A DNA stretch of 64,000 bases from a virus (lineage: Duplodnaviria; Caudoviricetes). Below are positions 10,264-20,832 of this stretch, in pieces (position 1 is the stretch's first letter; every line of letters begins with the position of its first letter). The notes under the pieces were generated by a model. The model did not search any database, had not been told where the DNA came from, and worked only from the letters and a program-made list of their open reading frames with translations. A program made the position numbers and the translations under genes. Location: the IMG/VR virus record IMGVR_UViG_3300035498_000319, positions 1-64,000 of that record; one strand, given 5' to 3'.

Positions 10264-11451
10264 ATGCCTATTCTTTCTAACAATCGTTATGGCATGATGG
10301 GAACTCGTGTCATTGAAGCGAATGAAAGTTATAAGATTGGCGATATGGGTCGTATTCTTTACGAAGATGCTCGTAATGATATGGCTCTGTTTAACGCCGT
10401 TGTAAGATCTGATATGAGAGAAATCGCTGCCCGCAATGAGGGCAGTTTGCTTGAATCTGAACTGACTGCTCTGACTGAAGGCTCCGTGCGCGACTTCTTC
10501 TCCAGCCTGAAGGAAAAGGTTAAGAAGATTTGGGCTAAGATCAAGGGCTATATTAAGAGTGCCATTGCTAAGCTTGGCGCTTATTTCGTACGTGACGGCA
10601 AGAAGTTTGCTAAGATCTATCGTACTCGCCTTGGCAAGGTTAAGAACGATACTGATCTTGGCCATGTATGGATTCCTAAGAGCGAAAAAATTATTAGCCT
10701 TGAACTGAAGTATGATGATATTTCCATGAACCGCAATGGTATTGGTGGTAGAGGTGCATCTACTACTCGAATTACCGAAGACAGTGCAGAAGATGAAGTT
10801 AGGAATAGCATATTCAAAGGCTTTTGCAGCTCTTATGATGATGATGATGATTTTTACACTTGCATCAAAGAAGCAAATTTCAACGAAGTAACTAAGGCTG
10901 ACGTAAGTGATGTCGGTGGAGTAGGTAAAATAAAATCTTACCTTTCAACCATTGAAAATGGGAAATCTGCGCTCAAATCTTTGAAGAATACGGAAAATAA
11001 GATCGATAAACATTTTAGAAGTCTTGTTAAGGAACTCGACAAGGAAGAGAGAGCGATCGAGAGAAGAGATTATGATAACGGTGGCAATACCAACACTGAA
11101 AGAGATGGCTACACAGCAGGAACCAAAGCCTTAGATCAAAGTAATCTTGAGGCTAACAGAATCTGGGTAAATGCCAATTCTTATTGCTATAGCACTGCTA
11201 TCAAGGCAGAAATCCGTTTGTACAAGTTCGGACTCGGCGAAATGAAGAAGATCGTTGCCCGTGCTTGCGGCAATGCCTATAAGGTTGAATCTACTCTGCT
11301 TGAGGCCATGGTTCTTGAAGCAGAAGAGGTGGATCTCGAAGATGCAGATAAGGGCCTTACTGCACAGCAGGAAGAAGAAGTGCAAGAGCTGGTCAAAGAT
11401 ACCATCGAAGAACTGGCCAATGACAGCGATGATTCCGATGATGAGGATTAA
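10264..11451 (+). CDS. Internal head protein, jumbo-phage paralogue family
   Basis: LTE-G followed by amphipathic FFSSLKEKVKKIWAKIK; late promoter 10191-10202. Confidence 0.65.
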   Translation: MPILSNNRYGMMGTRVIEANESYKIGDMGRILYEDARNDMALFNAVVRSDMREIAARNEGSLLESELTALTEGSVRDFFSSLKEKVKKIWAKIKGYIKSAIAKLGAYFVRDGKKFAKIYRTRLGKVKNDTDLGHVWIPKSEKIISLELKYDDISMNRNGIGGRGASTTRITEDSAEDEVRNSIFKGFCSSYDDDDDFYTCIKEANFNEVTKADVSDVGGVGKIKSYLSTIENGKSALKSLKNTENKIDKHFRSLVKELDKEERAIERRDYDNGGNTNTERDGYTAGTKALDQSNLEANRIWVNANSYCYSTAIKAEIRLYKFGLGEMKKIVARACGNAYKVESTLLEAMVLEAEEVDLEDADKGLTAQQEEEVQELVKDTIEELANDSDDSDDED

Positions 11452-11477
11452 TTAAATTATAAAAGGAGGAATTAAAT

Positions 11478-12722
11478 ATGGGTTTCTATATTAACATGCT
11501 CCGTGAAAGCGGAGAAAGTAATGATGAATTCATGGGAAATCCTGGATTCGACGATACTCTGATCGGCGATGAAAAATCTACAGCCGATCTCAATAAGGTC
11601 GCACTTACTGTTATGAACAATAATGCTGAGAGGGCTGATGAAGCTTCTCAGGAAGAACTTGATGGGCAGGATTTCTCTGGAGATCCTGTAGAAGAGATGG
11701 CAATGGCCATTGCCGAATCTGAGCACAACTGGAATCTGATTTTCCAGGGAGTTGCTCGTAGAGAGATCTCCGAAGCTGCACGCGGCCGCGTAGTTGTGAC
11801 GGAAGGTCTTGATAGCATCAAGAGCTTCTTTGGTAAGATTAAGCTTTTCTTTGTCAAGCTGTTTAAGAAGATCACTGCTGTTGTAAAGCAGGTTCTTGGT
11901 AATCTTGGATCTATCTTCCATACCAATAAGGGCTTTGCTAAGAAGTATGGCTCTAAGCTTTCTAAAGGAAAGAAGGCTTATGAGGATAATTCTAAGAAAG
12001 ATCTTGAAGGATATCCTTTCTGGAATGCAGCTAAATCTACCGATGTTGATAGTATTATTACAACCACCGATAATGATGTAAAATCCTATACCACTAAACT
12101 TAAAACCATCATTTCATCTGGAGATGTAACTACGTACTCAAATGCGCTTGATGAAGATGAAGAAAAAAATGCCGATGAAATAAGAGGAAAGCTTCTTAAA
12201 AAAGGAAAAGCAATTAGCAGCGAAGACTGGAATGATGAATTGAAGAGGACTTTCTTTGGTTCGGAAGATCCGGAAATCATCCAACCTACTGCCGATTATA
12301 TCAAGCGGGCATTGGAATCGACAGGAAAGGATATCGACAAGATTAAGAAGAACTATGCAAAGCTTAAGACCACTTTTACAAAGATTATTAGTACCTTTGA
12401 TAAGCTTGAAAACAGCGCTAATAAGTGGTACGACAACGATGAACGAAAGAATGATGCGCAAAATGAAGAAAACAGATCAAGTAAGATTACGCAAATTACC
12501 AGAGAATCCACATACTATAAGAACTATATGAACATTTGCAATCAGGCATTTTCTATGTTCATGAAGTCTGTTCGCGCTCAGGGCATGCAGGCTCGTCGCG
12601 TTGCGCAGGCATGGATCTTTGCTCTGAATAAGAGCGACCGCGGCAAGGAGTGGGATAAGGCAGATAATATGCATGAGTCCTATACCGCTGGTGGTTATCT
12701 CGGAAATGTTCAGATGATCTAA
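11478..12722 (+). CDS. Internal head protein, paralogue of 10264..11451
   Basis: Acidic propeptide, VTE-G, then FFGKIKLFFVKLFKKI helix and GFAKKY (cf. KFAKIY). Confidence 0.65.
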   Translation: MGFYINMLRESGESNDEFMGNPGFDDTLIGDEKSTADLNKVALTVMNNNAERADEASQEELDGQDFSGDPVEEMAMAIAESEHNWNLIFQGVARREISEAARGRVVVTEGLDSIKSFFGKIKLFFVKLFKKITAVVKQVLGNLGSIFHTNKGFAKKYGSKLSKGKKAYEDNSKKDLEGYPFWNAAKSTDVDSIITTTDNDVKSYTTKLKTIISSGDVTTYSNALDEDEEKNADEIRGKLLKKGKAISSEDWNDELKRTFFGSEDPEIIQPTADYIKRALESTGKDIDKIKKNYAKLKTTFTKIISTFDKLENSANKWYDNDERKNDAQNEENRSSKITQITRESTYYKNYMNICNQAFSMFMKSVRAQGMQARRVAQAWIFALNKSDRGKEWDKADNMHESYTAGGYLGNVQMI

Positions 12723-12774
12723 TTCTCACATTTAGTCAACATAATTTCCATCTAAAGTGTTCTCCTAAATATAT

Positions 12775-12803
12775 TCCCCGAAGCTCCGGCTTCGGGGATT
12801 TTT
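12775..12803 (+). terminator. Intrinsic terminator
   Basis: TCCCCGAAGC/GCTTCGGGGA stem plus T-tract. Confidence 0.85.
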
Positions 12804-12868
12804 ATTACTTTTAACTTATAAGTAATTTACTATATTTTTAATTATACACATTTAGGAGGTTAAGATAT

Positions 12869-15307
12869 ATGAAACCTTTTTCTTCCTCTATTTTAAGTGT
12901 AAATGAATCGGCTGTTCAACAGCACTCTAATTCTTCTAATACACTTAAATCAATTAGAGAAAATACTATATATACTCTTCTAGAATTTAATGAAGACGTT
13001 GCTAAAGCAGATTTAGAATGTACAAAAGATTACTATATTAATCTGATTAAGCTCGCTAATAACCCGAATACATCGGATGATATTCATAGACCCATTTTCC
13101 ATCAATATGAAGCAGTAAGGACGGCTGCTGTTTCTCTTTTGCATTATGTAGATGGATGTGAAAATCCTGATAACGGCGCCAATACCAAATTGACAAAATT
13201 ATATCGCATTAGCAGTAAATTAAAAGATGTTTGTAAAAATGCAGGAGTTTCAGTAGATCTGTATACTCAAGATTCATGCGTTCTGCCAAATGCTATTCTC
13301 TCTGAAAGCTTATCTGCTATTTTGAATAATCAATGTAATAGAATCATTCAGGCTATTGCTTCTGGAGAAGACCTTGAAGATGTAGAATATACTGACTCAG
13401 AAGAAGTTCTTAATAGCATTGCCAAGCTCACTGGAATCAGTGATGAAGTATACGATATAGAAGACTTTGAAGAAGCATATGAAGATTTATTTGAGTTTAA
13501 TACTCGTACTATAAACTTCGCTTTAATTCCTGATAGCGCTGATGACAGCGATATTGGTTTGTGTATGCATAGACTGAATAGACCTATTGGGACTTATGGT
13601 ATCATTATAGATAATCATATTCTTGATACAGCTATTGCAAATTTGAAGGCAAATGCAGATAGATATAATCCGAATACTGTACGCGGACTTGTACAGAATA
13701 TCTGCAATATTATCTGTACAATTATATCTCTCACTGTCACTATTAAAGATATATGCAATCAGAAGCAAGTAGAGTTTATTGCTCATAATCTGAATGCTAT
13801 GAAAACTGCTCTTGGAGAAGAAATTGGTAATGATGAATGTACCGATCTTCTTATGACTGAAGCAGTTAGTATGTTTAATAATGAGCTTGATGCAAAGAGC
13901 TTATTTGATTCTATCAATGATGATCAATTTGCTCCCGATGACTTCACAGAGCTCTATAATAATGCTATTCAAGAATATGAGACGAATAAGATTAAAGCCT
14001 ATAAAGAAGGTCTTGTATTAGAAGCTAAGCTAATTGCTTCTAAGAATTATGCTGGACTTGTATCTGTTCAAGAAGGAGTCTGGTATAAGATTAAGGAAGC
14101 AGTTAGAAAGTTTGTAGATTGGATTAAGAAGACTTTCTCTAAGTTTAGCGAAGCTTTCTTATTCCATTTGGGAACAGAGAAGGCTTGGCTGGAGAAGTAT
14201 AGAAATACTATTCTGGCTGGAGGATTGTCTGATAAGGATGAAATCACTTTCGCAATCGACTATAAGAATGCTTTTGCTAATCTGATTACGAATGAACAGA
14301 AGTTGCAAGTTCCTCCTATCAGTTATCAAGACTTGATGAGTGGAGAAAAGTTCAATTTGAAGTCTGAGAATGAATCCGAGTTCTTTAAGGGAGCATTTCC
14401 TGCTATTGCTGCATTTGCAGATAAAACTGATGGAGAAACTGTAGCAGAGATTACTAAGACTTATTATGGCGCTCAGTATGAGAAAGGTAAATCTGCTGAC
14501 GATAATAAGATGCTTTGGTCTGCTATTAAACCTAATTTGGGTACATTGTATAAATGGATGCTTGATACTCAGAAGTCTTCCGATAATATCCATAAACAAA
14601 TTCAAGATATCGAAAGAACTGTAAATAATTATAATAATAGCGTGGAGGCTGCACAGAAGAAGATAGATAAAGAAAAGGCTGATGCTGCTGCTAATAATGC
14701 AGGAACTGGAGGAACACCTACGGGGCAGCCAGCAGAAGGGGAGAAACCAGCAAAAGAGCAGAGTGAAAAGGCAGAATCATTCTTGTCTCAATTTACTGGT
14801 TATACTAGTATGCTTGAGATGGAGGTTAATAAAGCTGAAGATACTAATTCTCAGTCTGGTAATAGTGGCGGCACTACAACCAATAACGATAACAGCAATA
14901 ATAATCTTAGAATGAATAAGAGCGATACAGATGCTTCTGTAAACGCTGCTAAGGAAGGTGGAGATCTTCCTGAAGTAGTGTCTAAGAGAATGGAAATCTA
15001 TATGCGTGTTACAACAGGCGTACTGAGTGCCAAGATGACAGCTTTGAATTCTGTTCATAAAGAAATTATGGGTTTATTTAGAGCTATCGTTAAAGCCAAG
15101 TTTGGCGAATCCGCCGACATCGTATATAAGAAACAAGAAGGAGAAACTACCACTTCCACTTCTACTGCCCCTGATAATAAATCTACTGAAACAAGCGAAG
15201 AAAGGAAAGACGGTACGCAAGTAGAACATCCAGGCGATACACTAATGGCTAAAAGTAGAGGTAGTCGTCCCGATCCTACTGCTGGAAGCACAACAGGTAA
15301 AAAATAA
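12869..15307 (+). CDS. Large internal head protein, same family in its C-terminal half
   Basis: VQE-G followed by WYKIKEAVRKFVDWIKK and WLEKY; several xxE-S/A sites. Confidence 0.6.
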   Translation: MKPFSSSILSVNESAVQQHSNSSNTLKSIRENTIYTLLEFNEDVAKADLECTKDYYINLIKLANNPNTSDDIHRPIFHQYEAVRTAAVSLLHYVDGCENPDNGANTKLTKLYRISSKLKDVCKNAGVSVDLYTQDSCVLPNAILSESLSAILNNQCNRIIQAIASGEDLEDVEYTDSEEVLNSIAKLTGISDEVYDIEDFEEAYEDLFEFNTRTINFALIPDSADDSDIGLCMHRLNRPIGTYGIIIDNHILDTAIANLKANADRYNPNTVRGLVQNICNIICTIISLTVTIKDICNQKQVEFIAHNLNAMKTALGEEIGNDECTDLLMTEAVSMFNNELDAKSLFDSINDDQFAPDDFTELYNNAIQEYETNKIKAYKEGLVLEAKLIASKNYAGLVSVQEGVWYKIKEAVRKFVDWIKKTFSKFSEAFLFHLGTEKAWLEKYRNTILAGGLSDKDEITFAIDYKNAFANLITNEQKLQVPPISYQDLMSGEKFNLKSENESEFFKGAFPAIAAFADKTDGETVAEITKTYYGAQYEKGKSADDNKMLWSAIKPNLGTLYKWMLDTQKSSDNIHKQIQDIERTVNNYNNSVEAAQKKIDKEKADAAANNAGTGGTPTGQPAEGEKPAKEQSEKAESFLSQFTGYTSMLEMEVNKAEDTNSQSGNSGGTTTNNDNSNNNLRMNKSDTDASVNAAKEGGDLPEVVSKRMEIYMRVTTGVLSAKMTALNSVHKEIMGLFRAIVKAKFGESADIVYKKQEGETTTSTSTAPDNKSTETSEERKDGTQVEHPGDTLMAKSRGSRPDPTAGSTTGKK

Positions 15308-15312
15308 TTTAT

Positions 15313-15340
15313 ATAGAGGTAGGCAAATGCCTACCTCTAT
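15313..15340. terminator. Bidirectional terminator between convergent genes
   Basis: ATAGAGGTAGGC/GCCTACCTCTAT. Confidence 0.8.
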
Positions 15341-16587
15341 TTTACTATCTTGCTAAAGAATAGCAATGTGCTCATTGTAAATTGCTCATCAGCGCCACTA
15401 CCTGTAGATTTGAAGTACAGCTCGCGTTTTCTTATCAATAAGTATTTCCCACTATATCCTCCATCTGTATATACAGCATCAGCAGATATATTGTATTCTT
15501 TATTAGGAGTAAATACAGATGCATCTAAATCATTCTTATTTATACTTAAGAATATAGAGTTATTCACAATACTCTTAGATATATTGCTAATCAATCCGGT
15601 ATTATTATTCGGCACTCTTACATTCTTTACTTTAGCAACTACGTTGCTATCAGATGCTAAGCTCTCTACTTCACTCTTATTATTAGTGCCATCTGTAGAA
15701 GTATAAGAGATAGAAGTAAAAGATTTCGTATTTACTTCGTTATCAGATATTTGAGCACTAGATGCAGATATATCTATCTTATAGCATTTAGCATTCTCAT
15801 CTTCAACCATTCCTTGACCTCTAGATGTCATATCAGAATCATTCTTCAAAGTAATGATTACAGAGTTAATTGTATCTCCCTTTTTAGGAATAGCTTTTCC
15901 ATTAGAAGATAATAAGTATGAAGTATCAAAATCCATATAGTAGATATAGTCTGAATTATAAAATACTTTATAATTGTTTAGATACTCTATGCATTTAGCA
16001 ACAGAGTTCAAAGGAGGTAAGAATACATTCTTAAGAGTAGGATTGTTCGTAAAAGGTTCTATAATAACAGGACGAGAGCTAAGAATATAATAAGCAGCAC
16101 TCATCATATCTGTATTAATAATCCCATTTACAACCTTCTTATTTGTATTTACCAAAGACTGACTCAATAGTCCTACAGTAATCTCTTTATAGATATCTGC
16201 TCTTTCTTCATTGCTCTCTGCATAGTCTCTTGTATCAGTCTTATTGATATCATCTGGAGTATAATAAATGAAAGTATCTTTAATATAGTCTTTCCATAAT
16301 TCACTCTCATCACTAGCAACACACTTCTGTATATTAAGAATGAATACTCCGGTATCTTTATTGCTTACAATGATATCTACTATCTTAGAGCTTATTCTTA
16401 ATACAGCATATATAAGAGGCATATTATTATTTCTATAATCATGGTCTATTACAATAGATTTAAAATTTATATAATTGATATCATATTGATCTTGCCCAAC
16501 AACATATACAGCACTAGCTCTATATTTATATACAACTGCTTCTGTATCTGTATTATCATAAGCAGCAGAAGTTGTAGTAGTAGACAT
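15337..16587 (-). CDS. Late structural protein, possibly baseplate hub
   Basis: 416 aa, beta-rich, C-terminal YSGKYLLIRK as in hub proteins; late promoter 16634-16645. Confidence 0.4.
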   Translation of the reverse strand: MSTTTTSAAYDNTDTEAVVYKYRASAVYVVGQDQYDINYINFKSIVIDHDYRNNNMPLIYAVLRISSKIVDIIVSNKDTGVFILNIQKCVASDESELWKDYIKDTFIYYTPDDINKTDTRDYAESNEERADIYKEITVGLLSQSLVNTNKKVVNGIINTDMMSAAYYILSSRPVIIEPFTNNPTLKNVFLPPLNSVAKCIEYLNNYKVFYNSDYIYYMDFDTSYLLSSNGKAIPKKGDTINSVIITLKNDSDMTSRGQGMVEDENAKCYKIDISASSAQISDNEVNTKSFTSISYTSTDGTNNKSEVESLASDSNVVAKVKNVRVPNNNTGLISNISKSIVNNSIFLSINKNDLDASVFTPNKEYNISADAVYTDGGYSGKYLLIRKRELYFKSTGSGADEQFTMSTLLFFSKIVK

Positions 16588-16655
16588 TATGATTCACCTC
16601 TTTATAAAAAATAAAGGTAGTGAGTAATCTCACTACCTTTATGTTGACCCTTGTA

Positions 16656-17765
16656 TTATAGCACATCTAAATCAAGCGGATAATGCCTGAAGTATTTGTT
16701 ATTGATATCCTTTACGGCATCAGGATCATAGAGATTTACAAGATTTGAAGTCAATGCGTGGTATGCTGGCATATTCTCATATACATTGCATTGATGAATC
16801 AAATCTAGAGCTTGAAATCTAGGTGTAATATCCACATCTTTTACATTCATGAACTCAAATCTATTCAGGGCAAATGAAGCATTATACCCATTAAGAATTT
16901 GGCCAGATATGATCAGATTATGAATATATCTATCCGTCAGTGGATAGTTCATAATAGATTTTATCTCTCTATCTCTACATCCTGCTATAGCCATATAGAA
17001 GCTATATAACTCAGGGCTTACTCCTTCTCCAATAAGATTCTTCAGTCTAAGTTCTGTAGTCATCTTCTTGAAGAAATCATAGTAAGAGATTGTATATGTC
17101 ATGTCACTCCATCTCTCCTTCTTTACTCTTATAATATGAGTATTCGGAGTGACGGCTGCTAATTGCATGGCATATAAATCTCTTGTGAATACATACCGAG
17201 CTGCTTTTCTTTTCTTAGAGTTATACTTGATAAGAGTTCTTATAAGAACAGCAGGCTCAGTAGATGAATCGTGTACGAAGTATACATTAGGAAGATACTT
17301 GCACAAAGACTCTAATAGGTCTAATCCTTGCGATATACATTCGCATATAGCAGGTTTTACATTCCTATCTGTTGCACTATGAGCATCATACTCTACACAC
17401 AGATTACTTGGGTATACTGGTCTAGTATTTCCATATGCCATATAAATATGAGCATATATTCCATATCTAGTATAGAAGAATTGTCTAATATGAGCAGCAA
17501 AGTTTACAATAGATGCTGTAATACATAATCCATCTGGAACGTCGCATTGCTCACTGAATAGGTGCTTAGTATAGTTATTGAGATCGATATAGCACTCAAT
17601 CTCGCTTCCTTGCACTAAGCAGTTTCTATACATTAGAGGATATAATGCCTCTTGCAATCTATCATATTTGAAGTAGTTAATGAATAGAAAATCATATGCA
17701 GATTTTCTATTAGGAATACTATTATTCACCAAACCACTCCTTAGGATCATAGAAAGATTCCTCAT
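16656..17765 (-). CDS. Possible 5'-3' exonuclease/T4 RNase H-like (FEN/PIN fold), acidic residues partly degenerate
   Basis: YIDLNN, EPAVLI, FTRDLYAMQL and IAGCRD spaced like FEN-family motifs. Confidence 0.35.
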   Translation of the reverse strand: MRNLSMILRSGLVNNSIPNRKSAYDFLFINYFKYDRLQEALYPLMYRNCLVQGSEIECYIDLNNYTKHLFSEQCDVPDGLCITASIVNFAAHIRQFFYTRYGIYAHIYMAYGNTRPVYPSNLCVEYDAHSATDRNVKPAICECISQGLDLLESLCKYLPNVYFVHDSSTEPAVLIRTLIKYNSKKRKAARYVFTRDLYAMQLAAVTPNTHIIRVKKERWSDMTYTISYYDFFKKMTTELRLKNLIGEGVSPELYSFYMAIAGCRDREIKSIMNYPLTDRYIHNLIISGQILNGYNASFALNRFEFMNVKDVDITPRFQALDLIHQCNVYENMPAYHALTSNLVNLYDPDAVKDINNKYFRHYPLDLDVL

Positions 17766-18126
17766 CTACAGCATCTTCAGGAACTTCTATCTTCAATACG
17801 CCTCCTGCTTTCTCTCTCATCTTATCAATAGTCTTCTTAGCATTATAGAGAAAATCATCTCTAGTAGAGATAGATTGAATGATATCATCCGTCTTGCCAT
17901 ATCCTCTTTTGACTAATACATTAGCCAGAGTATCGGCTCCTTCTTCAGAGATAGAAGTTCCTTTACCAGCTACTTCTTTCTCTTCTCCTGCATACCACTT
18001 TCTGATATCCAGTTTGAACTTAGAGTTTTCATTCCATCTAAGTCTTCTTAAGGCAACGAAACTATTGCCAGTTGATTCATCAATGATCTCATCGAAATTA
18101 GGATCAATCTCTACATTAAATTCCAT
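17722..18126 (-). CDS. PC4/YdbC-family ssDNA-binding protein
   Basis: LRRLRWN...KLDIRKW...GKGTSIS signature. Confidence 0.8.
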   Translation of the reverse strand: MEFNVEIDPNFDEIIDESTGNSFVALRRLRWNENSKFKLDIRKWYAGEEKEVAGKGTSISEEGADTLANVLVKRGYGKTDDIIQSISTRDDFLYNAKKTIDKMREKAGGVLKIEVPEDAVDEESFYDPKEWFGE

Positions 18127-18189
18127 ATCATATGCTTCCTTTCTTAAAAAAGAAAGGTACGAAATAATCGCACCTTTCTTTTATTTTAC

Positions 18190-18930
18190 TTACCGCATAA
18201 TCTGAACATAGCCTGTATGCTGTACAGGACCGCCAAGCTGCTTGCGGAGGTCATCAAGCTTCTTCATATCAAGCTTGGTGATCTGGATGACATATTCGCC
18301 GCCTACATTGGCGACGCACTGCACGGGTGATGCTTGATACTGGAACCACCCTTCGTCGGTCCGCTCGCCATACACTTTATTCAGTACAGCTTCCAAAGAG
18401 ATGCCAGTAATCTCAACCAGAATCTCCTCGTTATAGCTTACGCTATAGCCATACTGGGATACAACCTCAGAAGTGAGATTGTTCCAGTTCGCCTTACGAC
18501 GATTGAAGAAGCGGAAGTCATCCAACGCTTCATAGGTTTCCGTCGTTACGTCATACGTACGACCAGAGTTTGCTCCAGACATACGGCAGAGACTATCGAA
18601 TCTCGATCTTCCTTCAGAACGATTGCGGCCAACAATGTTCGCAATCGCCTTTTCGCTCCGACTCTCATTAGGCCGGAAATACAATTTGACATACAGACTT
18701 CCAATCGGAATGTCCGCTGCTACTGCCTGCGGCACATCGCCTGTATTTAAGCATACTTTACAGTCTGCGTAGTCACGGAACGCAGGCTTGAAAAGACAAG
18801 CTACAGTTTCCCGCAACTCGATCGTGTTGACATAAGCCGACTCAATATTTGGGTCGAACTTGATGAAGTCCTCGACCTCAAGTTTAGTACGGCCTTTTTC
18901 CTTTTTCACGGTTGCATTCGTTGTTTCCAT
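18190..18930 (-). CDS. Early hypothetical protein, higher GC than neighbours
   Basis: 246 aa, AAGGAG RBS, early promoter 19017-19026 (-). Confidence 0.65.
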   Translation of the reverse strand: METTNATVKKEKGRTKLEVEDFIKFDPNIESAYVNTIELRETVACLFKPAFRDYADCKVCLNTGDVPQAVAADIPIGSLYVKLYFRPNESRSEKAIANIVGRNRSEGRSRFDSLCRMSGANSGRTYDVTTETYEALDDFRFFNRRKANWNNLTSEVVSQYGYSVSYNEEILVEITGISLEAVLNKVYGERTDEGWFQYQASPVQCVANVGGEYVIQITKLDMKKLDDLRKQLGGPVQHTGYVQIMR

Positions 18931-19053
18931 TTTATACTGTCTCCTTTACAGATATAATTTATTTGAGTGTTTTCATAAAGGTTAAATATAACCTATTATG
19001 TCTCACGCTCATTACTATAATATATAGTCATAATTATTTTTACTTATCATCTT

Positions 19054-20088
19054 TTAGCCATAGACATCTCTAGCATCATAATACAGAATTAGGAATATAG
19101 AACCATCTATAGCCTTTACAAAGAAATACTTCTCATCTCTCTCTAGGATATCTTTTAAATCCATAGTCCTATCATAAGGGAAGTATCTCAGGTCTACGAT
19201 CTTTCTATCATGGAATATCTCTTGAAACCAATCATATTCATGACCAATAGCATTTACTCTACTAAGGTCGAATAGATAAGGATACTCTAAGATATCAAAT
19301 AGCCCATTGAACTCTAGCATAAATTCATTATTATCTAAGAGCTCTTTTACTGTACGGCACAACCCAATATACATATCTCTATATATCTTGGCTGTATTGA
19401 TAGCAGCTATTCTCTTAAGAGTATTATTATATTTTCGAGTAGACCCAATATATCTAAGAATCGTATCTAAGTCATCCTCTTTATACGCTGCAATACTCTT
19501 AAAGTCTATAGCTTCTTCTGCATCATATAGAGTATCAAATGCATTACCGTAGGTCTCTCTACTTACAGCCATGCCTACCTTTCTATGATAGTCTCTAGGC
19601 TGGTAGAATATATCCAATACATTCTGTCTAGCAACTATAGATGGAGCAAGTTCATTGCCCTTATGAACAGTAACAGCTACATCTTTAGACTTTCCTTTAT
19701 CATAGATGATATTGGAAATCGTTATAAATCCATCTGGATTCAATAAGACGAATCTGTTATCTAAATCATCTATAGAGATAACAGCAGTAGAATCGCATAC
19801 TTTAAACTTTATAAAGAGATCTTCTTTCTCTCCCATAAGTCTAAACCATTTTTGATCCTTTACACATCCCTCTATAGTTCTTCTATAGATATCTTCATCT
19901 ACTTTAGTAATGAATCCTTTCTCTAACTCACTATCTAACTCACATCTGTATACGATGGTTGTATAACCACCATAATTTACTTTTACTTTGTCTCCTTCTT
20001 CGTAAGAGACTAATCTTGCTATTGTTGGAATTTCACTATCGGTAGTATATAGATAGAATTTGCTTCCTATCATATATTTACGTTTCAT
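19054..20088 (-). CDS. Hypothetical protein (likely start MKRKY at 20088)
   Basis: Long ORF overlapping the end of dcd. Confidence 0.55.
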   Translation of the reverse strand: MKRKYMIGSKFYLYTTDSEIPTIARLVSYEEGDKVKVNYGGYTTIVYRCELDSELEKGFITKVDEDIYRRTIEGCVKDQKWFRLMGEKEDLFIKFKVCDSTAVISIDDLDNRFVLLNPDGFITISNIIYDKGKSKDVAVTVHKGNELAPSIVARQNVLDIFYQPRDYHRKVGMAVSRETYGNAFDTLYDAEEAIDFKSIAAYKEDDLDTILRYIGSTRKYNNTLKRIAAINTAKIYRDMYIGLCRTVKELLDNNEFMLEFNGLFDILEYPYLFDLSRVNAIGHEYDWFQEIFHDRKIVDLRYFPYDRTMDLKDILERDEKYFFVKAIDGSIFLILYYDARDVYG

Positions 20089-20716
20089 TAATATATACCT
20101 TCTTCTCCATAAAACTTCTGCTTGATACAGGCTCAGACTGTCCCTGATATCTACCATCATACTGAATATCAGTATCTCCATAAGGTGTGGTAAACGATAC
20201 TTGAGCGATCTCAATATCAGGGTAGATTCTAATAGGAGCAGCCGCTACAATCTCTAAAGTCCATGTACCGCCAAACCCGATATCTCCGAATCCAGCAGTA
20301 AGATGAACACTAAGACCCAATCTTCCTACAGAGGATCTTCCTTCAATACTCTGAATGTATCTATCCGTCCAGACAGATTCATTGGTCGATCCAATGTAAA
20401 GCATATTGGGCTTAAGTACCAATCCGGTATTAGGAATGATAATTCTTCTGGTCTTATTCTCTTTCTTAAAATCAAGAACCTCTTCATCATATACAAGAAG
20501 ATTCTTATTAAGAGTAAGATTAACACTATTCGGATTAATCATAGACTTATCGAAGGGACTAATCTTGATATGCTCAGCTTCAATCTCCTTAAGGATCATA
20601 CTGCCTGTAAGCTGTCCTCCAGTATGGCCAACAAGAAACGGCGTTGCACTAACTTCAGCAGGCATAGCCTCAGTTTTTTCTTCTGCGATGTTTTCATCAT
20701 TATTTCTTCTAATCAT
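20078..20716 (-). CDS. dcd: dCTP deaminase
   Basis: INPNSVNL, EGRSSVGRLG, AGFGDIGFGG-TLEI, YDGRYQGQ motifs; early promoter 20783-20792. Confidence 0.9.
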   Translation of the reverse strand: MIRRNNDENIAEEKTEAMPAEVSATPFLVGHTGGQLTGSMILKEIEAEHIKISPFDKSMINPNSVNLTLNKNLLVYDEEVLDFKKENKTRRIIIPNTGLVLKPNMLYIGSTNESVWTDRYIQSIEGRSSVGRLGLSVHLTAGFGDIGFGGTWTLEIVAAAPIRIYPDIEIAQVSFTTPYGDTDIQYDGRYQGQSEPVSSRSFMEKKVYINET

Positions 20717-20832
20717 AGGTATTTACCTCCTTTGTAGTTATTTATGTGTTTCTATAATGATAATTTATAGATTTACATTAGTATAATATATAACTGAAAT
20801 AGAGAAACCCAGATAAGGGTTTCTCTATAGGT

